Assembly (NCBI GenBank): GCA_963828735.1
Contig: CAWHFW010000005.1
Span: forward strand, 160,001-224,000
Origin: an uncultured Gemmatimonadales bacterium
Lineage (GTDB): Bacteria > Gemmatimonadota > Gemmatimonadetes > Gemmatimonadales > GWC2-71-9
Direction of reading: 5' to 3'
DNA: 64,000 nt
Position 1 is the stretch's first letter. Every line of letters starts with the position of its first letter. Under the pieces are notes generated by a model, which saw only the letters and a list, made by a program, of their open reading frames with translations, did not search any database and was not told the DNA's origin. Both the position numbers and the translations under genes were made by a program. Of this stretch, positions 1-8,104 are shown in pieces.

Positions 1-480
1 ACGACCGATCGAGCCATTGAACAGCACGTCGCCGCCGAACACGCGGTCGTGCCCGACGAAGCTCACGCTGCCCGGCGAATGGCCGGGCGTGTACCGCACG
101 TCGAAGGCGAAGCGACCGACCCGCACCGCCGTGCCCGGCTCGAGGTCCACGTCGGGCGGGGGCGGTGGCTCCAGCTGCATGCCCACCCACGCGCCGAACT
201 GAGGCAGGGCATCGTAGATCCCGCGGTCGAGCGGATGCAGGTGGATAGGAACGCCGGTGGCTTCCCGGATCGCGCCGACGCCCAGAATGTGGTCCACGTG
301 CGCGTGCGTCAGCCAGATCGCCCGGAGATGCCAGGCGCGAGTATCGAGCTCGGCGAGAAACATCGCGGGCTCTTCACCCGGATCGATGATGACCGCCTCT
401 CGGGTTTTGCGGTCGGCCACGAGATAGCAGTTTTCGGCGAACTGCCCGTTGGCAAGCGACACCACCTCCAGCTCAGACAC
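1..480 (-). CDS. MBL-fold metallo-hydrolase (glyoxalase II/YcbL-like), 3' end runs off window
   Basis: Manual translation from GTG at 480 (overlaps trxB stop): SELEVVSLANGQFAENCYL...WLTHAHVDHILG (HxHxDH)...YTPGHSPG...VFGGDVLFNGSIGR. Not in the ORF track because it has no stop in the window. Confidence 0.9.
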   Translation of the reverse strand, partial: MSELEVVSLANGQFAENCYLVADRKTREAVIIDPGEEPAMFLAELDTRAWHLRAIWLTHAHVDHILGVGAIREATGVPIHLHPLDRGIYDALPQFGAWVGMQLEPPPPPDVDLEPGTAVRVGRFAFDVRYTPGHSPGSVSFVGHDRVFGGDVLFNGSIGR

Positions 481-1438
481 CGACCTGCGCCCCCACCGCG
501 CCCGTCCGCCGGTCCTTGAGGAATTTCTCGACCGCGATCGCCGCCGTGGTGGCGTCGCCGACGGCGGTGGTGACCTGCCGGGTCAGCTGGACGCGGAGGT
601 CACCCGCCGCGAACAGGCCGGGAATGGACGTCATCATGCGGTCGTCCGTGACCAGGTAGCCGCTAGCATCGTGGGTGACGTGCTGGGTCACCAGGCCGGA
701 GTTGGGGCGGAAGCCGATGAACACGAAGCAGCCGGTCGCCCGGAGGGACTGGCGCTCGCCCGTGACGGTGTCTTCCGTCTCGATGGACTGCAGACCGGCC
801 GGTCCGCCCTTGAGCTCGAGCACGCGCCGGTTCCAGATCACCTCGATCTTGGGATTCGCGAACAACCGCTCCTGCAGGATCCTGGACGCGCGGAATTCGT
901 CGCGGCGGTGGATCACGTACACCTTGGCCGCGTAGCGCGTCAGATACTCGGCTTCCTCGACCGCCGCGTCGCCGCCGCCCACCACCGCGATCGTCTCGCC
1001 CTTGAAGAAGGCGCCGTCGCACACCGCGCAGTAGGACACGCCCCGACCCGCATACTCGAGCTCGCCGGGCACCTCGAGCTTGGTGGGCGTGCCGCCCGCC
1101 GTGAGAATCACAGCCGGGGCCTCATACACGGTGCCGTTCGTGGTGCTGACCTCGAAGATGCCGTCCTCGCGCCGGCTGATCGTCTCCACATTCTCCTGCC
1201 GGATGTCGGCGCCGAACACCTTGGCGTGAGCCGCCATCTTGTGCGCGAGCTCGCGGCCGAGGACGTGCTCGAAGCCCGGGTAGTCGTCGATCCATTCCGT
1301 ATTGTTGAGCTCGCCGCCGGGCAGGCCGCGCTCGAGCAGGACCGCCTTGAGCATGCCGCGCCCCGCGTACATGGCGGCACAGAGGCCCGCCGGGCCTCCG
1401 CCCACGATGATCAGCTCGAACTCCTCGGTACGACTCAT
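473..1438 (-). CDS. trxB: Thioredoxin-disulfide reductase
   Basis: GGGPAG FAD motif, GRGVSYCAVCDG redox CxxC, VVGGGDAAVEEA NADPH motif, TSIPGLFAAGD. Start taken at ATG 1438 (MSRTEEF) inside ORF 473..2164. Confidence 0.95.
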   Translation of the reverse strand: MSRTEEFELIIVGGGPAGLCAAMYAGRGMLKAVLLERGLPGGELNNTEWIDDYPGFEHVLGRELAHKMAAHAKVFGADIRQENVETISRREDGIFEVSTTNGTVYEAPAVILTAGGTPTKLEVPGELEYAGRGVSYCAVCDGAFFKGETIAVVGGGDAAVEEAEYLTRYAAKVYVIHRRDEFRASRILQERLFANPKIEVIWNRRVLELKGGPAGLQSIETEDTVTGERQSLRATGCFVFIGFRPNSGLVTQHVTHDASGYLVTDDRMMTSIPGLFAAGDLRVQLTRQVTTAVGDATTAAIAVEKFLKDRRTGAVGAQVGV

Positions 1439-1599
1439 CGCATCCCCGTCGTGTGGTTGGACAAATATAGAACGCTCAGGGGTTCCCGCACCCGCGTGTC
1501 GCGGCGGCGGCCGCGCACGCCGCCAGGCGCCGAGCACCCGATCGGAACGCCCACCAAGGCCGGCACGCGTACGCTCGTATGCCCTGCGTGGGCAACGTC

Positions 1600-2376
1600 T
1601 TACGAATGGGCCGCCGAGGAGACCGGCGGCCCAAGGTGCAGCAGGCTGGCCGCGCCGTGGCAGGAGGAGATCGTCCCCACGAGCACGTCGGTGGGCTCCA
1701 CCGCAGCGCCGGCCCGCGCCACGACCGTGTCCCCCTCGAGCACGGTCGAGACGTCGAACATGCCCACCCCGTACACGCGGTGACGGCAGGTGAACAGGAC
1801 CGGCCCGGCGGTGGGGGTGTTTCGATTGAGCCGTCGAACGAGCTCCTCCATCGCCTCGGCCATCTCCCAGGTCCGCGGAGCGCGGATCACGGGACAGGTC
1901 GCCGGCTCGATGCAATGGGTGGGACACAGCCAATCGGCGAACGACACATAGCGCGTGCCGTCGGGCGCCCGCACGTCGTACGGCGTGCCGGGGCCCATGG
2001 CGACCGGGTGCGGCTCGACGACGCGCCCGGGCCAGCGCGCGCGTGCGCGCCGGACCAGCCAGTCGTACATCAGATGAGGCATGAGGGGCGACGGTACGAT
2101 GGCGTCCGGAGGGCCCGAGCGATCCACGGCCGCGGCGAGGTAGCGATCGAAGAACGCGCCCCACTCTTCGACGACGATGTCGATGCCGGGCGCGGCGCCG
2201 AGCTCGACCGCCGCCCTGCAGCGGGGATCACGGTCCACCACCAGCAGGCGCTTCCACTCCGCCGCGCCACGCTCGCGGGCCTTGAGAAGCTGGCCCGCGT
2301 AGAAGCGGCCGTAGCAGCCGCCCCCGACGATCACGACGTCGCCGAGCGCGACGCTATCGGATGAGACGGCCGCCAT
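1600..2376 (-). CDS. Uncharacterised protein: N-terminal Rossmann-like motif plus Cys/His-rich C-terminus
   Basis: VVIVGGGCYG dinucleotide-binding-like motif; WLCPTHCIEPATCP, TCRH and SSCHG motifs; high-GC3 coding pattern. Start uncertain. Confidence 0.75.
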   Translation of the reverse strand: MAAVSSDSVALGDVVIVGGGCYGRFYAGQLLKARERGAAEWKRLLVVDRDPRCRAAVELGAAPGIDIVVEEWGAFFDRYLAAAVDRSGPPDAIVPSPLMPHLMYDWLVRRARARWPGRVVEPHPVAMGPGTPYDVRAPDGTRYVSFADWLCPTHCIEPATCPVIRAPRTWEMAEAMEELVRRLNRNTPTAGPVLFTCRHRVYGVGMFDVSTVLEGDTVVARAGAAVEPTDVLVGTISSCHGAASLLHLGPPVSSAAHS

Positions 2377-3085
2377 CCACTACCAACACCTCCCCCGTCA
2401 CATAATCGCCGCCCTCGAGCAGGTAGAGCAATGCGGCGGTCGCATCGGCAGGTGTGCCCAGCCGTTCGAGCGGCGTCGTGCGCGCGAGGCGCTCGCGCTC
2501 GTCCGCGTCGTACTCCTCCGGCACCAGCACGGCGCCCGGCGCGATGGCGTTCACCGTGACCTCGGGGGCGAGCGCACGGGCGAGCACGCGCGTCAGCATC
2601 ACCACCCCGGCCTTGCTGACCGAATGCGCGGCGAAGCCGGGCCAGGCCTCGAGGCCGCTCAGATCCGCCAGGTTGACCACCTTGCCGCGAGCCGCCCGCA
2701 GGGCCGGCGCCGCGCCCTGGGTGCAGAAGAAGACCGACCGGAGGTTCAGGCTCAACACCGCATCGTACAGCGCGGGGGTCGTGTCCTCGAACGAGACCCG
2801 GTGCATCACCGCCGCCGAGTTGACGAGCACGTCGAGGCCGCCCAGCTCCGCCACCACGCGACGAGGGAGCTCGGCCGCGGCGGCCGCATCGGTGAGGTCC
2901 GCCGCGAAGCAAGCGGCACGACCGCCCGCGGCGGTGATCTCGTCGCGGAGCGCCGTCGCGCCTGCGCCCGAGCGGTGATGATGGATGGCCACGGTCATGC
3001 CGCGCGAGGCGAGGGCGCGTGCCATCGCCTGACCCAGCCGGCGACCGGCGCCGGTCACCAGCGCGATCCGGCCCGGAAGCTCCAT
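2354..3085 (-). CDS. SDR oxidoreductase, pteridine reductase (FolM/PTR1)-like
   Basis: TGAGRRLG (Arg typical of pteridine reductases), VLVNSAA, HSVSK at the YxxxK position, VNAIAPG, VDGG. Confidence 0.85.
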   Translation of the reverse strand: MELPGRIALVTGAGRRLGQAMARALASRGMTVAIHHHRSGAGATALRDEITAAGGRAACFAADLTDAAAAAELPRRVVAELGGLDVLVNSAAVMHRVSFEDTTPALYDAVLSLNLRSVFFCTQGAAPALRAARGKVVNLADLSGLEAWPGFAAHSVSKAGVVMLTRVLARALAPEVTVNAIAPGAVLVPEEYDADERERLARTTPLERLGTPADATAALLYLLEGGDYVTGEVLVVDGGRLIR

Positions 3086-3816
3086 CAGCCGGCGGCGCGC
3101 GGAGCGATCGGCCGGATCTCCCCGGTGGGCGCGGAGGGACCGGACACCGCGAGCGCCAAGACGCCGTTCGTCAGGTCGTCCATCTCGACGTACGCCGCGC
3201 CTTCCCCCGCGGAGGCGACGTTGTCGCCGGTCCGGGCCATGCCGGGGGCGACGGCGTTGACGCGGATCTGCCGATCGGCCAGCTCGAGGGCCAGGCTGCG
3301 CGTGAAGCCCGCGACCGCCGCCTTGGCGGCGGAGTAGACGGCCATCGGGCTCTGCGGATCGAAGTAGGCGATGGACGCGAAGTTGATGATGCAGCCGCGC
3401 GTGGCGGTCAGCGCGGGTATGGCGGCCTGGGACACGAGCACCGCGGTCTTGAGATTGATCGCCAGCTCGCGGTCGAGGTCCTGCGCCGTGAGCTGCTCGA
3501 TCGGTCCGTAGGTGGTGAGCCCGCCCGCGACGTTCACCACCACGTCCAGCCGGCCGAAATGGCGGAGGGCGATCTCGACGGCGAGGGCCGCGAGGTCAGG
3601 CTGAGTCAGGTCGCCGGCGCAGGGCCTGGCGTCGACGCCAAGCGCCGCGAACTCGCGGACCCGCTCGGCCACGCCCACGGCATTGACGTCGCACGCCACG
3701 ATCCGGGCGCCAGCATGGCCGAACGCCAGCGCCACCGCGTTGCCGATCTGCCCCGGCCGGCCCACGCCGGTCACGAGCGCCACCTTGCCGCTGAAGTCGA
3801 ACGCCGGTGCCGTCAT
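3085..3816 (-). CDS. SDR family oxidoreductase
   Basis: TGVGRPGQIG, NVAGG, YSAAK, VNAVAPG; stop overlaps next start (TGATG). Confidence 0.9.
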   Translation of the reverse strand: MTAPAFDFSGKVALVTGVGRPGQIGNAVALAFGHAGARIVACDVNAVGVAERVREFAALGVDARPCAGDLTQPDLAALAVEIALRHFGRLDVVVNVAGGLTTYGPIEQLTAQDLDRELAINLKTAVLVSQAAIPALTATRGCIINFASIAYFDPQSPMAVYSAAKAAVAGFTRSLALELADRQIRVNAVAPGMARTGDNVASAGEGAAYVEMDDLTNGVLALAVSGPSAPTGEIRPIAPRAAG

Positions 3817-3819
3817 GTC

Positions 3820-4257
3820 TCACCTCAGTGCTGCGAGCACGATCTCCGCGCCGGGGGCACCCGCCTGGCTGTAGGCCACCCTCCCGTCCTCGTCGATCAC
3901 GACCACCGAGCGCGCGATGGACGCTCCATCGGGCCGGAGCGCGCCGTAGGCCCCGGCGATGGCGAGCCCAGGATCCGACAGGAGCGGAAACGGCAACCGG
4001 AGCCGAGCGGCGTAGCCCGCGTGACTCTCCGGGGACGCGGGGTTCACGCCGAAGGGATGAACCCGCTTGTGCTCGTAGAGGGGCAGGTCGTCGCGCACGG
4101 CGGACAGTTGCCGATTTCAGCCGGGCGTGTCGTTGCCCGGATAGAACGCCAGCAGCACCCGGTGACGGGCGAGCAGGTCGTGCAGCACGTATGTCCGCCC
4201 GTCCGACGCCTGCGCGGAGAATGCCGGCGCGATGGTGCCCACCGCGACGAGGCTCAC
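3820..4257 (-). CDS. Peroxiredoxin (AhpC/TSA, BCP-like), putative selenoprotein with Sec at the peroxidatic position
   Basis: ORFs 4117..4311 and 3820..4098 are the same frame separated only by TGA at 4117-4119: LLAFYPGNDTPG-[TGA]-NRQLSAVRDD matches PxxxTxxC. PFPLLSD and catalytic Arg (IARSVVVID) follow. GTG start at 4257 overlaps the PHP stop (GTGA). 145 aa with read-through. Confidence 0.88.
4082..4116 (-). promoter_or_regulatory. Candidate bacterial SECIS hairpin directly 3' of the UGA
   Basis: mRNA UGA-AAUC-GGCA-ACU-GUC-C-GC-[CGUGC]-GC-GAC-GACC-UGCC: lower stem GGCA/UGCC, upper stem GUC(C)GC/GCGAC, apical loop begins 17 nt after the UGA with G at loop position 2. Folded by eye. Confidence 0.55.
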
Positions 4258-5105
4258 GAGACGACCGGTGCGGCGCGCCCGGCCCGCAGCTCTTCCAGGC
4301 GCTCCAGCCACTCGAGCGGCACGTCCTGCGACCCCAATGCGCCGTGGGTCTCGCCCGGCTCGGGATCGCCGTGCCAGTCGCTGCCGCCGGTGCGGAGGAG
4401 GCCGAGCTTCAGGGCGATGCCGGTGAGGCGCGACCGGAGATCGGCGTCGTGACTGGGATGCCGGACCTCGACCGCATCGAGACCCTCGCGCTTGAGCCGC
4501 TCGAGAAACGCCCGGGTGCCGCGCTCCTTGGGATGGGCGAGCGACACCATGCCGCGAACCGAGTGCACCACGTCGGCCACGTCGCGGAACCCGGGCAGGA
4601 TCTTGTCCACGAAGGCCGGGCGGCCGCGGCCGATGTAGCGGTCGAACGCGTCGGAGATGTCGATGGCGCTGCCCTGGCTGACGATCGCTCGGGCGACGTG
4701 GGGCCGGCCCACCGCCCCGCCCTTCGACTGGAGCAGCACGTCGTCGAACTCGAGATGCACGCCCAGATGCTGCAGGCGGCTCACCATCTCGCGGCCGCGC
4801 CGCACCCGGTCGGCGCGGCGCCGCTCCAGAAACGCCTCGAGCTCAAGGGATTCGGACGGCAGGAAGTAGCCGAGCACGTGCATCTCGCCCCAGGGCGCGG
4901 CGCAGCTGAACTCGCAGCCACCGACCACGCGGAGCCCCACGCGGTCGCCGGCAGCGGTGGCCGCGGCCACGCCCGCGACGGTATCGTGATCGGTGAGGGC
5001 CATGGCCGAAAGGCCCGCCGCGTGCGCCCGCCCCACCACGGCTTCCGGCGGAAGGCTTCCGTCGGACGCCGTGGAGTGCACGTGGAGATCGACCACGCCG
5101 GCCAC
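4254..5105 (-). CDS. PHP-domain phosphoesterase (YciV/TrpH-like)
   Basis: DLHVHSTASDG, ALTDHDT, GRPHVARA, LAHP, TGGSDWHG motifs. Confidence 0.92.
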   Translation of the reverse strand: MAGVVDLHVHSTASDGSLPPEAVVGRAHAAGLSAMALTDHDTVAGVAAATAAGDRVGLRVVGGCEFSCAAPWGEMHVLGYFLPSESLELEAFLERRRADRVRRGREMVSRLQHLGVHLEFDDVLLQSKGGAVGRPHVARAIVSQGSAIDISDAFDRYIGRGRPAFVDKILPGFRDVADVVHSVRGMVSLAHPKERGTRAFLERLKREGLDAVEVRHPSHDADLRSRLTGIALKLGLLRTGGSDWHGDPEPGETHGALGSQDVPLEWLERLEELRAGRAAPVVS

Positions 5106-5122
5106 CAGCGCGCCGGTGGCGG

Positions 5123-5389
5123 TCAGCGGCGGTACCCCATCTCGGGCGCGGTCCAGGACGGTTGCGAGTGCGCCAGCAGATCCCTGAGCTCCTGCTCGCT
5201 CAGCTGGCTCAGCGACAGTTCACGACTCTTGGCGCCGAGCGGGGTGTAGCGCACCACGCGCTGCTCCCGGTTCGGGCCGGTGCCTTTGCTGAAGACCAGG
5301 CCGAACTCGTCCTTCGTGTACTGGGTGACCCGACCGCTGACGGCGACCTCCCACGGCTCCCCGTCCACCTCGATGATACGTCTCGGCAT
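5123..5389 (-). CDS. Small hypothetical protein (88 aa)
   Basis: ATG at 5389 overlaps upstream TAA (TAATG) with GAGGAG SD; MPRRIIEVDG...WTAPEMGYRR. Confidence 0.75.
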   Translation of the reverse strand: MPRRIIEVDGEPWEVAVSGRVTQYTKDEFGLVFSKGTGPNREQRVVRYTPLGAKSRELSLSQLSEQELRDLLAHSQPSWTAPEMGYRR

Positions 5390-5691
5390 TACGCGTCGCT
5401 CCTCACTTCTTCCCACAGGTCCCAGGCGCCGGAATCGTAGTCGGCGACGGCGCGGATCGTGGCTTCCAGCCGCCGCTCATCCTCCGGCGGCGCCGCCACC
5501 GCCCGGTGCGTGACCTCGTCGCGGCTCTCGCTGCACTCGAGAAACTGGTCCGCCCGTCCCGCGCGGCGGAATACCCAGAGATGCCGCCCGCGCGCCTCGT
5601 GCAGCGCGGCCAGCGCGCGCACCGCCGCCAGGTATTCGTCCTCCCGCCCCGCACGCACCCTCACCCGCGACACGGTGAGCGTGCGGGGCAC
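5389..5691 (-). CDS. Small hypothetical protein, possible ABM-like dimeric alpha/beta fold
   Basis: Abuts E2 stop; VSRVRVRAGREDEYLAA...HLWVF...QFLECSE pattern resembles antibiotic-biosynthesis-monooxygenase-like folds (inference). Confidence 0.7.
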   Translation of the reverse strand: MPRTLTVSRVRVRAGREDEYLAAVRALAALHEARGRHLWVFRRAGRADQFLECSESRDEVTHRAVAAPPEDERRLEATIRAVADYDSGAWDLWEEVRSDA

Positions 5692-7113
5692 TCAGACCGC
5701 GCCTTCCGGGAACTCCTGCAGGGAACGCTTGACTTCGGCCATGAACCGGTCGGCGTCGGCCCCGTCCACGATCCGGTGGTCGAAGGCGAGGGACAGCATG
5801 CCCTTGGTCCGGATCGCCAGGGTGTCGCTCCCATCCACGGTGATCACCGCCGGCTGCTTTTCGATTGTACCGACGCAGAGGATGGCCGCCTGGGGCTGGT
5901 TGATGATCGGGGTGCCGATCACCGAGCCGAACACGCCCGGGTTGGTGATGGTGAAGGTGCCTCGCTGTACGTCGTCCGGGCTCAGCTTCTTGGTGCGGGC
6001 GCGCTCGCCGAGGTCGTTGATGGCCCGGGCGATCCCGATCAGGGACAGCTCGTCGGCGTGCTTGATGACGGGGACGATGAGTCCCCAGTCGAGCGCCACG
6101 GCGATGCCGAGGTTGATGTCGCGCCGAAAGACGGTGCTCTCGCCGCTCACGGCGGAATTGACGCTGGGGTGCTTCCGCAGCGAGTCCGCCACGGCCTTCG
6201 CGATGAACGCCAGGTACGTGAGGCTCACGCCGCGATCGGCGTATTCCTTCTTCGCCTTGGCGCGGATCTGGGCCACCCGCGTGTAGTCGATCTCGAAGAT
6301 GGTGTTCACGTGCGGCGACACTCGCCGCGACATCACCATGTGTTCGGCCGTGAGCTTCCGGATCCGCGACCACGGCTCGACCCGGTCGCCGGGCCACGCC
6401 TCGACAGCGGGCGCGGCGGCGGGCACGGATGTGGAGGGCGCTGCGGCCGCGGGCCGGGGCGCGCTCGCCGGCGCGACGGCGGGCGCGGCCGAGGGGGCCG
6501 TGCCCGGGCCTCCTTCGATGTAGCTCAGGATGTCGTTCTTGGTGACCCGGCCGGCGAGACCGGACCCGGGAATGGCGCTCAGATCGAGATTGTGCTCGGC
6601 CGCGATCTTCCGAACGAGCGGCGTCGACTTCCGCCGAAGGCGCTCCTCCGCGCTCTCCACGCCGTTGCCGGCGGCGGCATCGCCCGGCGCACGTCCGGTG
6701 GCCTCGGCGGCCGCCCGTGTCGCCGGCGCGGGAGCGGCCGGCACCGGGGTCGGCCTCGGGGGCGCCGAGGCGGCCGGAGTCGGGGTGGCCGCAGTCGGGG
6801 CGGAGGCCGCGGCAGGCGGAGCTGGTGACGCGCTCGGCGCGGGGGCCGACGGCGTCGTAGCCGGCGCGGCCGCCTCGGTCTCGATCGTCGCGACGACCGT
6901 TTGCACCGCGACGGTCTGTCCCTCGGTCACGAGGATCTCGGACAGCACGCCGGCCACCGGCGAGGGAATCTCCGCGTCCACCTTGTCGGTCGAGATCTCG
7001 AAGATCGGCTCGTCGCGTTTGACGGGCTCGCCCACCTTCTTGATCCAGCGCGAGAGGGTGCCTTCGGCGATGGACTCGCCCATCTGCGGCATGATCACTT
7101 CAATCTTGGCCAT
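5692..7113 (-). CDS. 2-oxoacid dehydrogenase E2, dihydrolipoamide acyltransferase
   Basis: Lipoyl domain EISTDKVDAEIP, Ala/Pro linker, E3-binding domain (TPLVRKIA...GSGLAGRVTKND), catalytic GTFTITN and FDHRIVDG. Confidence 0.95.
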   Translation of the reverse strand: MAKIEVIMPQMGESIAEGTLSRWIKKVGEPVKRDEPIFEISTDKVDAEIPSPVAGVLSEILVTEGQTVAVQTVVATIETEAAAPATTPSAPAPSASPAPPAAASAPTAATPTPAASAPPRPTPVPAAPAPATRAAAEATGRAPGDAAAGNGVESAEERLRRKSTPLVRKIAAEHNLDLSAIPGSGLAGRVTKNDILSYIEGGPGTAPSAAPAVAPASAPRPAAAAPSTSVPAAAPAVEAWPGDRVEPWSRIRKLTAEHMVMSRRVSPHVNTIFEIDYTRVAQIRAKAKKEYADRGVSLTYLAFIAKAVADSLRKHPSVNSAVSGESTVFRRDINLGIAVALDWGLIVPVIKHADELSLIGIARAINDLGERARTKKLSPDDVQRGTFTITNPGVFGSVIGTPIINQPQAAILCVGTIEKQPAVITVDGSDTLAIRTKGMLSLAFDHRIVDGADADRFMAEVKRSLQEFPEGAV

Positions 7114-7126
7114 GGTCGGTCTCCAG

Positions 7127-8104
7127 CTAGTACGCCGCGAGCCAGCGCGCGGCCCGCACGATGTCCGGGGTCTGCGGCAGCACGAAGTCCTCGAGCTGCG
7201 GCGCGTACGGAAGCGGCACGTCGTGCGCGGCCACGCGCCGCACCGGCGCGTCCAGCCACTCGAAGGCCTGCTCGTTGATGCGGGCGGTGATCTCGCCGGC
7301 GATCCCGCCGGTCGCCGTATCCTCGTGGACGATGAGCACGCGATTGGTCTTCTTCACGGTGGCGAGGATCGCCTCGTCATCCATCGGCAGCAACGAGCGC
7401 AGATCGAGGACCTCCACGGAGAGGCCGTCTTCCCGCTCGAGCTGCTCGGCGGCCTCGAGCGCCTTCCACACGGTCGCCGCGTAGGTGATGATGCTGAGGT
7501 CGCGCCCCTCGCGGGCCAGCCTCGCCTTGCCGATGGGCACCACGTGATCGCCCTGGGGCAGCTCTTCCTTGATGCGGCGGTACAGGTACTTGTGCTCGAA
7601 GAACAGCACGCAGTCGTCGTCGCGGATGGCGCTCTTGATCAGGCCCTTGGCGTCGCTCGCCGTCGCGGGATAGACGATCTTGAGCCCGGGCGTGTGCAGG
7701 AAGGCGGCCTCGGGGTTCTGCGAGTGGAACGGTCCGCCGCGCACGTACCCGCCGCTCGGACCGCGCACGACCATGGGGCACGGGAGGAAGGCGCGATAGC
7801 GCGCCGTCGCCACATAATTGGTCAGGATGCTGTACGCGCACGAGACGAAGTCGATGAACTGCATCTCGCACACCGGGCGCATCCCCATGTGCGCCGCCCC
7901 CGCGGCCGCCCCGACGAAGCCGGTCTCGCTGATGGGCGTGTCGACCACCCGCTCGGCGCCGAACCGGTCGAGCAGTCCCTCGGTGACCTTGAACGCGCCG
8001 CCGTACGCGCCGATGTCCTCGCCCAGGCAGAAGACGCTCGGATCCCGCTCCATCTCCTCGAACAGGCCCTGCCGGATCGCCTCGAGAAAGGTCGCCTCAG
8101 CCAT
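7127..8104 (-). CDS. 2-oxoacid dehydrogenase E1 beta subunit (branched-chain type likely)
   Basis: Start ATG 8104 MAEATFLEAIRQG; GEDIGAYGGAFKVT, DTPISE, EMQFIDF, GPFHSQ. Confidence 0.95.
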   Translation of the reverse strand: MAEATFLEAIRQGLFEEMERDPSVFCLGEDIGAYGGAFKVTEGLLDRFGAERVVDTPISETGFVGAAAGAAHMGMRPVCEMQFIDFVSCAYSILTNYVATARYRAFLPCPMVVRGPSGGYVRGGPFHSQNPEAAFLHTPGLKIVYPATASDAKGLIKSAIRDDDCVLFFEHKYLYRRIKEELPQGDHVVPIGKARLAREGRDLSIITYAATVWKALEAAEQLEREDGLSVEVLDLRSLLPMDDEAILATVKKTNRVLIVHEDTATGGIAGEITARINEQAFEWLDAPVRRVAAHDVPLPYAPQLEDFVLPQTPDIVRAARWLAAY

